From Octopus vulgaris (lineage: Eukaryota): a stretch of 64,000 nt of DNA. How positions within the stretch are numbered: the first letter of the stretch is position 1; each line of letters opens with the position of its first letter. Below, in pieces: positions 39,686-53,740 of the stretch. The notes under the pieces were generated by a model, which saw only the letters and a list, made by a program, of their open reading frames with translations, had not been told where the DNA came from and did no database searches. Made by a program: the position numbers and the translations under genes. The stretch spans positions 20,274,001 through 20,338,000 of the forward strand of contig OX597819.1 in assembly GCA_951406725.2 (NCBI GenBank), read 5' to 3'.

Positions 39686-40449
39686 GTAATTATTATTTTA
39701 GTAATTTCTACGATGTGACCTAAGTGCAAGGCCTCAAATAGTGAGTGAGGCGGATATTCAATTACATCGATCCTACTGTCCAACTGATACTTTTTCAAGT
39801 CGTACTAACTTTATCGACCTCGAAACAATGGAAGTGCTACTTCGGCGGAATTTGAACGCAGAACCTGTAGACGGATGGTATGCTACAAATCCTTTGTGTT
39901 TCTGCAAACAAGTATTCCAGTTCGTCGCCTTAATAGGAAGCTTCGGCAACAGGCCACCACTAACAACTACAACAACAACAACAACAACAACAACAGCGAA
40001 GAAAACAATGACAATAATAATAATAGTGAATAAGTATGCTGTGATTGCGGGGTGCGGGAACGTAATGTAATGTTAGCGATGATGGCCACATGAGAGGGAA
40101 GATATTGGTGCTGGTAGCTATGAAGATATTGGTATTCCTGGTTGTTGCAGTGTTGGTAGTTGTAGTAGCTGTGGTAGTTTGTGAAAGTGATGATGGTGTT
40201 GTTGTTGTTGCTGGTGGTGGTGGTGGAGGAGATACTAAGAAATGTGATGCTAGCAATGGTGGTGGTTATGATTACTGAAATATTTTTATGTCTCTAATGA
40301 CAGAGAAGAGGGCGGTGGCCATCACCGATTGTTGGAAAGAAGGTTGGGGTGTGCGAGGGTAATAATGAAGGTATAATGACTTGAGTGATAATGGTAGCTG
40401 AGGTGAGGATGGTTACGATAATATGGTGGAGAGGGTGATGGTAATTCGC

Positions 40450-40544
40450 TATTGTTGTTGTTGTCGTCGTTGTTGTTGTTGTGGTTCTTCTTCTTCTTCT
40501 TCTTCTTCTTCTTCTTCTTCTTCTTCTTCTTCTTCTTCTTCTTC

Positions 40545-40615
<71 letters not shown>

Positions 40616-40975
40616 ATTATAATTAATATTATTATTATTATTATTATTAATATTATAATTAATATTATTATCATTATTATTATTATTATTATTATTAATA
40701 TTATTATTATCATTATTATCAAGAATATTATATTATTATTATTATTATTATCATTATCATCAACATTAATATTATTATTATTATTATTATTATTATTGTT
40801 ATATTATTTTTGTTATTGTTATTATTATTATTAATATTATCATCATTATTATTATTCACATCATCGTAATCACCATCATCATCTTCACCATCATCGCCGT
40901 CGTCGTCATCATCATCATCGTCATCTTCATCATTATCATCATCATCATCATCGGTGTCGTCGTCGTCGTCTTTTT
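40450..40975. repeat. Compound trinucleotide tract (GTT)/(CTT)/(ATT)/(ATC)
   Basis: Direct reading. Confidence 0.97.
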
Positions 40976-41492
40976 TTAATAATATATTTATTATCATTTT
41001 CGTTATTGATGTCGTTATCATTGCTCCTGTTGCCGTTGATTTCGGTGATGTTTATGAAATATAAACAATGTGAAACTGCAGCAAATTAGATGTTTGTGAA
41101 AATAGCCTGATACGCTAAATTAAATTTAGCTTAAGTATTGTGATAAAGGAATAAAGTTATCTTATGATTCAACATCTTGTTTTAATAATATGCAGATGTG
41201 TGTATATCTATATACAGTATAATACGAAACAACGCACACACACTACATATACAGACACACATGCACACACGCATATGTATGTAAATTATGTATGTATATG
41301 TCTGTCTATATATATATCACATACCGATATACATATTAGACCCAAAGCTAACATTATTGTGTGTGTATGTGAACAATCTTAATGTACTTTGCTGTTTGAA
41401 TGGAGATACACCTCCTCTAAAATATGCAAATATATACATTTGTACGTCCGCACGCACGCGCAGATACGTGTGGACACACATATACACATACA

Positions 41493-41575
<83 letters not shown>

Positions 41576-41660
41576 TATATATATATATATATATATATTC
41601 ATGCAAAACACACACAGACACACACATATGATTATTTATATATATATATATTCATGCAAA

Positions 41661-41701
<41 letters not shown>

Positions 41702-42184
41702 GTGTGTGTTTGTGTGAGTATGTATACATGCATATATATAAATATATATACACACACATTTAAACATTTATAGATAAATACACACACACACACTTATTGA
41801 CATGTATGTTGATTAATAGCATGGTGAGAACAGCAGGGAATGGAAGATCGTTTAACAATAATATCATGTGACATGTAGAGGAAAAAAATATGACCATATA
41901 TGGCTACGACTCTCCTCTTTCGTAATTATGTATTACAGATTTTTAATTTATGAAATAGTGTAGCTTGAAGGAGATGAACTGTTTTGTTGTCCAACAGAAA
42001 AGCAATCACTGACACGAGAAGTAATATTTGGGCTTTTCCATCGGTGAGAATATAGTTTGGGTAAAAAACGAAAATACGATTGAAATAAAAAAAAAATCAA
42101 TTCTCCATAATTCTCACAGAAAACACGCGTGGTAAAAATATAACTTCGAGAAAAGCAAGAAGAACAACAACTATAACATCAATA

Positions 42185-42395
42185 GTTATTTCTAATTTAT
42201 GCACAATGCCAGGAATTGGGGGGGGTAGCTAGTTACTATGACGAATCCAGTATTTGACTGGTATTTTTATTGAATCTGAAAAGATGGACGTCGAAATCGA
42301 TAAGGACGGAATTTGAACCCAGAACACAAAGACAAACGTAATACCGCTAAGCACTTTGTGTGGCACGCTAACCATTCTGCCAGTTCTCCTCCTTA
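42185..42395 (-). mobile_element. SINE family C, diverged
   Basis: gactggtattt..ggaatttgaacccagaac..aataccgctaagcacttt..gctaaccattctgccagttc. Confidence 0.7.
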
Positions 42396-42475
42396 CTCTG
42401 ATGGCGGTGGTGATGAGGATAATGACGATGATGATCACGACGATGATGATGATGATAATAATAATAATAATAATG

Positions 42476-42516
<41 letters not shown>

Positions 42517-42788
42517 TCCAGGAAACCCCAAAACGGCAGAAATTCAAAAGATAGTGCTCATGGGAATTACGCAAAATACTCTCTATGTAATCCCAAGGTT
42601 TAAAACAAACATTTTTTTTTTCTTTTTTAAAAAATTTATTAGACATTCACTAGTACAACACAAAAAAAAAACAAATATATGGCACACTAGGCATAACAAC
42701 AACGTGAACATCCAACCTGTTGTCGCTTGAGGTCTCTGGGTGAGACTTGGAGCCAACTTGTACAAATATAAAGCAAAAGTCAAACATA

Positions 42789-42790
<2 letters not shown>
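42517..42790 (+). mobile_element. R4-type family X 3' end within (TAA)n
   Basis: PGNPKTAEIQKIVLMG then the X 3' UTR; near-identical to the reverse complement of 61568-61880. Confidence 0.88.
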
Positions 42791-42863
<73 letters not shown>

Positions 42864-42879
42864 TGATGATGATGATGAT

Positions 42880-43310
42880 ATTTGTGTAGTTTAGAAGATT
42901 GCAAAGATAAAGCACTGTAAATGTACCTGAGGATGAATGAAGCCGAAAATAGTTGGATACAGAAAATAATGCATGGACAATTTTATAGGGATTTTGAATA
43001 TAAGACAGAGAATATATATGGCTATGGATGACGAAAAGTGACTTAAAACCAGAAACTGAGGCGCCATTCTGTGCAGCAGTTGTGGTCGATGAAAAAGTTA
43101 GCAGTAGTACCAATAATTGTCGGAACAAAAATCTCAAGAAGTACGTGGAACAAATAGGGGTTGCAATAATGGTGGAGAACTTAAGGCAAAACATCACTGC
43201 TTGGAACTGCTCGAATACTCCGGAAGGTGCTCGAAAAATAGGAAGTGTTACCTTAGTTCACTGATAGTTATATAGTAATACATCCCCAGCGTTAGAAGCT
43301 GTTCAAAAGC

Positions 43311-43312
<2 letters not shown>
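42880..43312 (+). mobile_element. R4-type family Y, deleted fragment
   Basis: MHGQF, WMTKSDLKPETEA.FCAA, LKKYVEQIGVAI, LGTARILRKVL motifs and Y 3' UTR, followed by (AAT)n. Confidence 0.8.
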
Positions 43313-43383
<71 letters not shown>

Positions 43384-43404
43384 TTTAAAAAAAAAAATAA
43401 TATA

Positions 43405-44455
43405 TCTTCAGTGCTGATATCAGAATGGAGTTCGGATTGCGAAAGTGTGTTGTGTTAGTAGTGAAGAGAGGCAAAATCAAACGTATGGACGGGCTAACGA
43501 TAGCGTTGGGGGAGGTTATGAAGCAGATAGAAGAGACAGGCTATAAACACTTGAAGAGTTTGAAAATAGATAAATGAATGGAGAAAGAAATGACAGAGAA
43601 ATTTAAGGTGGGGTTACTTGCGCAGAGTGAGACTCATTCTTAAGTCGAAATAAATCAGACGGAATAAGATCGAAGCTATCTTAATTGAGAAAGAAAAAAC
43701 AAACTATGCTGGACCATAGACATAGCATGCCCAGCTGACAACGCTGTATGCGATGAAGAAGAAAGAAATTTCGATAGATGTGACAGGTTGGCTTGGGAAG
43801 TTAAGCAGTTGTGGGTGATGCAATAGGTGGTAGTAGTAACAATAAATGGCGGAACCGTGGGAACAGTGAGCAAGACTCTTGAAAAGTACATGGACCAGAT
43901 AAGTGCTGCAGTAATAGTGGAGCACTTGCAAAAGACAACACTGCTTAAAACTGCCCGAATACACCGGAAGGTGCTAAAAAATAAGAGGTGGTAACTTAGT
44001 TCACTGATAGTGAACAGCTGACACTGTAGTGGAAGCACTCCGTCAGTTACGACGATGAGGGTTCCGGTTGATCCGAATCAACGGAACAGCCTGCTCGTGA
44101 AATTAACGTGTAAGTGGCTGAGCACTCCACAGACACGTGTACCCTTAACGTAGTTCTCGGGGATATTCAGCGTGACACAGAGAGTGACAAGGCCGGTCCT
44201 TTGAAATACAGGTACAACAGAAACAGGAAGTAAGAGTGGGAGAAAGTTGGGGTTAAAGAATACGCAGGGGTCACCACCATCCCTTGCCGGATCCTCGTGG
44301 AGATTTAGGTGTTTTCGCTCAATAAACACTCACAACGCCCGGTCTGGGAATCGAAACCGCGATCCTATGACCGCGAGTCCGCTGCCCAAACCACTGGGCC
44401 ATTGCACCTCCTGACACTGTAGTACATCTCCAGTGATAGAAGCTGTGCAAAGGAA
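43405..44455 (+). mobile_element. R4-type family Y, deleted fragment interrupted by a SINE B in its 3' UTR
   Basis: FSADIRMEFGLRKC, IDIACPAD, LQKTTLLKTARI motifs; the 3' UTR resumes after 44410. Confidence 0.8.
44031..44410 (-). mobile_element. tRNA-derived SINE family B, full length with 13-bp TSD
   Basis: TSD CTGACACTGTAGT at 44018-44030 and 44411-44423. Confidence 0.93.
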
Positions 44456-44456
44456 A

Positions 44457-44488
<32 letters not shown>

Positions 44489-44654
44489 ATAATAATAATA
44501 ATAATAATAACAATAATAATAATAATAATAATAATAATTATTATTATTATTAATATTATTATTATTCTTGAACCTACAGTTTGTACAGTCTTCTTGCGCC
44601 TGCAGGGTATCTCAACTAGAATGGTAGAGCTATACAATATATATTCACTGCGTA

Positions 44655-45330
44655 ATTTTCAAAAACCTGGAATGTCCCATGATAAAACTGGCGGGAACAC
44701 AAACCACCTCCAGTGCTTGAAAAGTTCACATTCTAGAACTTCACAGTCCAAACGGACAGGAAGATAGTCGCGAATAGGCCTGACATCATATTGAATGACT
44801 CCAGACAAAATTTGTTCCTCCTCATTGATATGACTGTCCCAATCGACATAAGTGTATCTGTCAAGACCTATCAAAAACTGAGCAAGTATAAAGATTTTAG
44901 AATAGAAATTGACAAAATGTGGAACTTCTAGACTAAAAGAATACCATTTCTCATAGGTTCCCTGGGAATGTTAGCAAAAAGGAGCTGATTACTACCTAGC
45001 TCAGATACCAGGAAACCCCAAAATTACAGAAATTCGAAAGATAGTGCTCATGGGAACTGCCCATATCCTACGTAAGATACAGTCAATGTAATCTGAAAGT
45101 TTAATACAAACTTATAATTTTCTTATGTTTTCTTAAACATAAAGTTTAAAACAAACTTATAATTTTCTTATGTTTTCTGAAACATTCTCTAGAACAATAC
45201 TTTGTGCAAAACCAAATATATGACACCCTAGGCATAACACCAACTTGAAATGCTAATTTGATGTGTCTTCATGTCTCTGGGAGAAACTTGGAATCAACTT
45301 TTACAAATACAATGGAATGTAGAACATACA
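44655..45330 (+). mobile_element. R4-type RLE 3' fragment (X-related subfamily)
   Basis: EHKPPPVLE, TDRKI.ANRPDIIL, LIDMTVPIDI.VSVKTYQKLSKYKD, IVLMGTAHILRK; ~45-bp tandem duplication in the 3' UTR (45096-45185). Confidence 0.88.
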
Positions 45331-45474
45331 ACAATCACAACTACAATGATAATGATAACAAAAACAGTATCAACAACAATAATAATAATAATATCAACAA
45401 TATTAATAATAATATTAATAACAATAATAATAATAAGAAGAAGAAGAAGAATAACAGCAATAATAATAATAATG

Positions 45475-45550
<76 letters not shown>

Positions 45551-47709
45551 TTAATTTTTTATCTTGCGAAAATGATTACTTCGATTCGGATGTTTGGTTT
45601 TCATGCTGTACTCTCTTTCATTCTTTCTTTTCTCTATTCATTCCGTTTCACTCACACATCAATCATCATTTTGTATTTACTTCTTTCAGTTGCCATCTTT
45701 GCTACCTATATTCCTTTCCTAATTTATTCATTCTCTTTATCCCTCTCCCCACAAATCCACAGACACGATCACTTATAAGACACACATAGACATGCGCACA
45801 CTCATACACATGTCCATTCCTATGTTTGAGGTTTCGAAGTCTCAGATGCAGCTACCAGTCCTCATCCCACTGCACTGCAGTTCTGTGCTGCTGCTGTGAT
45901 CCTTGCTCGTTTTTTTCCCCGTCTTGTAATAGTCCGAAGCAGAAGAAACCGGCTCAGGTGTTTAGGAAGCGTGTAAGATGATCGAAAGATAGCAGTTTTT
46001 GCTCCTTTTACCATCATCAAAGGATTTTTTTTCTTGTTGCACTTAATCTATTTCCCAATCATGCTATCCGAGTTCCAACTCGTCTGCAACACTTGAGTGT
46101 AAAACATTATTCACAAACTTATCGATTCTGCAATGTGAACTCCCTTGTTGCACACCTTCAGAACGCTCTTAGCCAAACCAAATCTTTTAGAAAGAAGTTT
46201 AAGCTTGATATTTTTTGCTGGGGTACATTGTTCTCAATGTCCTTAGTGTTGTCATCCTACCTCGAAAACATGCTCGGATTTTCCAACTACATTAGGCACA
46301 TTTGTGTGGAAAGGTGCCCAGGCATTCGAAGTTTCCAACTTCCTTGAACAACTGATATAGTAAGGCTGCTCTCCTTTCGTCTTAATCTTGGTCTTAATAT
46401 AGTTGTCATGTTCTCAAGCTAAAACTCATCTGTGATTCGACTTACTATGTTAGTATATATAACAGCTTGGTTGAAGAAACAGTAAAAACATAACCGTTAT
46501 ACGTAAACACACATTTCAAACGTTTAATCCGAGTGAAAATGTTGCCTGACTGCGTGGGCTAAACGAGCAAAAACCAAAAATATATTTTTTCTTAACTCAA
46601 ATATAATGTTTATAATTATTTTTACTCTAGAACTCAAAAGCTATCAAAATAATATTTCAATTCCCTTTGAGAGTCCAAAAAAAGGACAAAATGAAAATTA
46701 AAATTCAGTTGAACATCGGAATCCCGCATTGTTGTTGTCAACTGAATACAGAAATAGAGAAAAATCGGTGCACATTTTCTTCCATCCCAAGTTAGTTGGG
46801 CCATCACTATCTTCTATGCAATCAAGACTATCATCATCACCATTAATTTCATTTGATTATGTACGAAAGTCAGAAAAATATAACATTCATCGCAGTATGA
46901 ATCTGTCATTCGTGACTTAATGTCTCGGCTAGGTAAGGTCTACTTATGCTTAGGACCATATCATAAACACTCGGCGCGTCTATTCATGGTCGATGTATCC
47001 ATGGAAGTTTTTTGAAACGTCAGCTAATGATGTCTGTTATTCTCTAATGGAATATTTATCGATGATGTCCTCTGTTTAAGAGTAAAGCGATGGAATAAGT
47101 AAAACTAAAATGCTGAGAGTTACATGTATGGTTCTTGCAAAATGATATGCAGGAAACTCTTGGAACTTGAATTTATATTTGTGCCGTCCATGACAAGTAG
47201 ATGTCTACAAGTGAATGTATGAGTTTGCAAATTCTTATAAAATACAGGAATCATAGAATTTGTTTACGTTGCAAGAAGTCAATGCAACCAGATTTGATTT
47301 AAGTGTAATATTTCGGAATGCGTTATTGCGTTAGTACGAGAACCTATGTGAAATCCATCAAAGCGAGTATATTTGTTTCGATGTATCTGCGTGCGCATCT
47401 CTCTCTCTATGTCTCTCTTTCCACACATACACACACGCACGCACACGCAGACACACGCACACATGCAAGTTTCTATTCCATCGCTTATATTCTATTATCA
47501 TTGTTTTTATATGCCTATATCTATCTATCTATCCATCTATCTACCTATTTATCTGTCTATCTATCTATCTTTCTATCTATCTATCCATCCATCTATCTAC
47601 CTATTTATCTATCTATCTATCAATCTTTCTATCTATCTGTCTATTTGTATGTATATATGTATCTACATATCTATCCATCTATTTATCTATCATCCTATCT
47701 ATATATCTA

Positions 47710-48318
<609 letters not shown>

Positions 48319-48878
48319 TTGTATCTATATGTTTCTATTTTTTCTCTCGGTTTATTCCTATTTAGGACATTTATCTTTATCTTCATTTTCCTCCGTTTCA
48401 CTTGAACCTTATTCAATTCCCTTCACCCTCTCACCATAATATCTTTCAAGAACAACGACGCACTACTTTCTCTTTCTACATAAAATTACTATTACATACG
48501 CTTAGTTTATCTTATTTAGTTTGTTTAAAGTAATTCTTTCTTTTAGTCTCAGAACCAAAATCTCGTTTTTTTCTTTCTTTTTTTTTACCTGGCATTACAT
48601 TTTGGCTTTTATACATAATTTTCCACCGTTGCCTGAACAGTTCTTCATTTCGCTCTCTTCATTATCACAATCATATTGTTCTTCTTCACTTTTCGACGCT
48701 CTTTTTTCAATCAAACACTTCTCTCTAATTTCTTTATCTTTCTCATCATTTCCTTCACTCTTCTGAGCATTTCAGTATTATATATCCTGTTCATATATTT
48801 TTGTGTGTGTATTTGTGTGTGTGTTTGTGTGAGTTTGTGTGTGTGTATGTATACAAACATATACATATATATACATAT

Positions 48879-48922
<44 letters not shown>

Positions 48923-48937
48923 GTGTGTGTGCATGAG

Positions 48938-48971
<34 letters not shown>

Positions 48972-49166
48972 TATACGTATATATATATAATATATATATT
49001 GTATAATGTATATATCATATATACATATATACATATGTGTATATGTCAGTATATATACTCACACGTACATATATACAATGTATTTAGATTATATTCATAT
49101 GCACACACTATCACACTCAAATAATTGTGTGTATATGTCTGTCTATCTGTCTGTCTTTCTATCTAT

Positions 49167-49206
<40 letters not shown>

Positions 49207-50683
49207 TTGTCTATCTGTCTCTCTGCCTGCCTGTATGCATGCATGTGTGTATGTGTATGCGAGAATGTGTGTGTGTGTGGTGTGTGTCTATATCTGTATG
49301 TGTGTGTGTATAGTCGATCAAATACATTTTCACATATTTTAACATATTTTCTTCTTTTCTTTCTTCTTCTTCTTCTTCTTCTTCTTCTTCTTCTTCTTCT
49401 TCTTCTTCTTCTTTTTCTTCTTCTTCCATTTTTCAGACAACTACAAGAGCCAGAACAATCTCGAATTATAAATGGCGGAAAAGGGAAATAGAGAGAAATA
49501 GCCGTCGCAAGTGAATCATTGGATAATAAATAGTCTCTCTTTTTAGAACTTTGATCGCCATTGATTTCTTTTACTCCTCGTCTTGCATACTTTTATTTAT
49601 TTATTCCTTTCTTTCTTTATGTAGTTATTTATATATTCATTTATTTATTTATTGCTCTCACTACATTGCTTTCAGTTCTTCATTCTCTCCCTTACTCTCA
49701 ACTCTAAATTTCCCTCTCTTTCTATTTGTCTTTCAATATTGGCAATCCTGCGCCTTTTTTTGAGATCGATGGATAAACACCATTATCATTCTTTTCCCAT
49801 CGTATCTGACCTGATTTTCAGAAAATGTGTTGTACTGCCTGCCTGTTGGCCGACTGGCCGGTTGGTTATGTTTCACTGCCTGCCTGCCTGCTCGCCTGCT
49901 CGCCTGATATTGTCTGTGTAGAAAGAAGGTTAAATATGTCTGACTGTCTGACGGTTTGTGTGGCTGACTGGCTCGCTGCCTGGCTCGCTGCCTGGCTCAA
50001 CGTCGTGTAGATACAAGACCGGCATTTATTTCTGTAATATATTGTCTGCTAAACATTGCAAGAAGAATGACTAGCATATCCATCAAATATTTCTGTTGAA
50101 TATCTGTATTATCGAAAAAGACAATGGGATTCGATAGATTTCATATAAGTGTGTGTGGAATTTAGTATAAACACGAACACACAGAGACGAGCACATACGC
50201 ACACAGGTACAGAAGCACCCCACCCCTCTGATATAGATTGATTGTAACTGGGGCACCTACATTATCATTCGGCAATGCAATGTAGTTATATTTCATATAT
50301 GTTGGGAGGGTGTAATTTATCTTAAGATACATATATAAACACACACACACTCACAAACACACATGCATATAAACAAACGTACATACATGTATATGATGAT
50401 ATATAATACAATTATACTTGATTAATGGTTATCAATACGATATATATAAATAAACGAACACAAAAGCCACAAAGCTGGGGCAGGCAAAGACTATAGAAGG
50501 AATGCATATATGCGTGTGTTTGTTTGTGTGTGTGTGTGTGTATGTGTATGAGTATAAAATAATATATATATATATATAATATATATATAGATATATATGT
50601 GTATAAATATATGTGTATATATATATTTATGTATATATGTATACATACGTGTATGTGTATATATATATATATATAGTTATTTT

Positions 50684-50994
50684 GGAGTCGCAATGGCCCA
50701 GTGGTTAGCGCAGCGGACTCGCGGATGTAGGATCGTGGTTTCGATTCCCAGACCGGGCGTGGTGAGTGTTTATTGAGCGAAAACACCTATAGCTCCACGA
50801 GGCTCCGGCAGGGGGTTGTGCTGATCCCTGCTGTACTCTTTCGCCACAACTTTTTCTCACTCTTTCTTCTGTTGGCTTGCTCGCTTAGCCAGCGTGGTGG
50901 CGTCATTTGAAGGCTAGAACAATGCGAAGCGCATTGTGACCAGCGATGTGTAGCAACATATGATAGCCTGGTCGGTCACGGTGATCACGGTGAT
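50684..50994 (+). mobile_element. SINE with a family-B head and a different 3' tail
   Basis: Matches family B to ..caactttttctcactct (about 50863), then an unrelated tail ending tcacggtgatcacggtgata. Confidence 0.8.
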
Positions 50995-51006
50995 ATGTGT
51001 ACATAC

Positions 51007-51059
<53 letters not shown>

Positions 51060-51742
51060 CATTTTCATATAAATTATGAATGTGTTTGTATGTGTGTGTT
51101 TATGATAGATTGTTAGATGCAGGGGTGTAGATGCGTGATGTGTCATGTGTGCACATATATGTATATATTCAAATATATGTGTATACACTCGTATGTATGA
51201 GAGCTGTGACCACGAACACGAAAACGAAGCTATGTGCGTGGGAGTGACAGAGACATGACCATAGCCACACAGTGAGAGAGAAAGATGCACATAGAGAGAA
51301 TACAAAAGAGAAAGAAACAACGGAAATGAGAGAGAGGGAGATTAAGAGAGCTATAAAGAGACTATATGTGTTTGTGCCTGTGATTGTGTTCTGAGACTGA
51401 CTGTTTCTTTGTATGATTGAACAACTGTGTGTGTATGTGTGAATGTGAGTGTGTGTGTTTGCGCATGTGTATGTGTGTGTAAGGAAAAGGGTGAGTATAG
51501 TTCTGTTAGTAAATGTAAACAATGGTTCGTAGTGTCTCCTTAAGGAAATGATGAGGTGAAAAAGCATCACTTCACTCATTGATCAATGTGACCAATTTCT
51601 GGAACTAATCTAATAGATTTTTCTGAGGTCAAGTTGATTATAACTTGTCTGAACTGAGAATGCATAGGTTTTCAGTGAATATCTATTGATCTCTAAGAAA
51701 CGGAAATGCAGATAAGTAAGCGGAGAGAGGGAGAGAGAGGGA

Positions 51743-51783
<41 letters not shown>

Positions 51784-51915
51784 GCACGTATATACGTCTA
51801 GTGCGTATGTATATTCATGCATATCAACACACACGCACCAAAAACACACAGACACACACGCTCTTCTATAGGAAGATAGAAAGAGAATGAGAGATACATA
51901 TTCATCAATATTTAT

Positions 51916-51948
<33 letters not shown>

Positions 51949-52155
51949 GATTTTTAGATACATACATATGTGTGTATATGTGTTTGTATCTATCACAGAT
52001 ATGGATTTGCGTAAGCACAGATATGTACGTTTATGCATATGATTTGTTCGCTGATAATCGCTGTGTGGGTGCATTATCTCTACTATATGTGTAAGTCCTA
52101 AGTGGTCATGTACGTGTATTACGTTCATATGTACCTGTGTATGTGTGTATTACAT

Positions 52156-52188
<33 letters not shown>

Positions 52189-52427
52189 CATACGTACACA
52201 TATATATATATGTGTGTGTGTTTGTGTGTACAGAGAGGAAGAGAGAGAAGCATAGATAGAGAGCTACATAGATATAATTAAAGAGATACAAATAGTGAAA
52301 CAGTAACTCTAAATAAGTAAGGGTACAAAATGAATTTAGGATATTCATTACTCCTTGATTACTGTATCAAACTAATAAGAAAACAGTTAAAAATACAAAA
52401 GATAGAACTGGAAAACAGCCATGTATT

Positions 52428-52466
<39 letters not shown>

Positions 52467-52482
52467 TATATATATGTATGTA

Positions 52483-52533
<51 letters not shown>

Positions 52534-52536
52534 ATA

Positions 52537-52632
<96 letters not shown>

Positions 52633-53405
52633 CATAACATTAAACATCATAACAGTCAATATAGTGATATATGCAACTGAACGTCAGAAGGAATTGATTG
52701 CACCTCAAATTCGTACAGCGACTGAAGATATCTAGAAATTTTGACCCGTAAATTATGGATGGAAAATGAAATTTATGGAATCGGTATTGATCAGTTTTGT
52801 TTTGATATAGAAGCAGCCCAAACTGAAATAGGGTGTATTGAGTCTAGATCTGATAGATACAGCTTTCATAAAGAAGCTTAATAAACTGTTCAAAGGAGAA
52901 ATCATACTAACTGCAAAAGAGGAAGAAGTGATCGACTTACTAAGTCATGCACCCAAATTTGATTCAGCTGCTCTCCTCAACCTTTTGGTAACAATTTCCA
53001 ACTCAAACTAAATATAGGACCAGAACCAGAAAAATTCGAAATCGAAATATTATGTCAACTCTAAACCTTACTGAAGGACAAGAACATCGTAAACATTGAC
53101 GAACAACTTGACCTCATCATTAAGAATGACATAAAAATAGGATCCAAAAAAAAAAAAAAATTTTTTTAAATTCTGTAAAAGCTTTGCACATGTTAAAAGA
53201 CAACATAATTATTAATCCTGGTAAAAGTAACCTGTTTGTAATCACGGATAGAGATGATTATGATATACAAAAATAATATTTTACTCAAATACCGAAACAA
53301 ATACAATACGATCGTGAAGGTAATATCAAGCAGCCAAAAGTAAAATTAAAGAAATTAATGATAGCAACGGAAATACAAATGCAACAACCACGCTTTGGAG
53401 GAAAA

Positions 53406-53480
53406 TATATACCTACATATAGGTATATACCTACATATAGGTATATACCTACATATAGGTATATACCTACATATAGGTAT
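53406..53480. repeat. 18-bp tandem repeat ATATACCTACATATAGGT x4 with internal dyad symmetry
   Basis: Direct reading. Confidence 0.9.
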
Positions 53481-53496
53481 ATATAGGTATACATAC

Positions 53497-53740
53497 AAGG
53501 CAGCGTGCTGGCAGACTCGTTAGCGCGCCGGGCGAAATGCTTAGCGGTATTTCGTCTGTCGTTACGTTCTGAGTTCAAATTCCGCCGAGGTCGACTTTAC
53601 CTTTCATCCTTTCGGGGTCGATAAATAAAGTACCAGTTTCGCACTGGGTGGGTGCGGGGTCGATGTAATCGACTTAATCCCTTTGTCTGTCCTTGTTTTT
53701 TTCCCTCTATGTTTAGCCCCTTGTGGGCAATAAAGAAATA
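53497..53740 (+). mobile_element. SINE family C, full length
   Basis: Near-identical to 7257-7488. Confidence 0.9.

Noticed and set aside
52722-52745. CTGAAGA-tatcta-GAAA as a hammerhead (similar words at 1560, 12303, 42928)
   Set aside because: No closing stem I or stem III; chance matches or R4 coding sequence.
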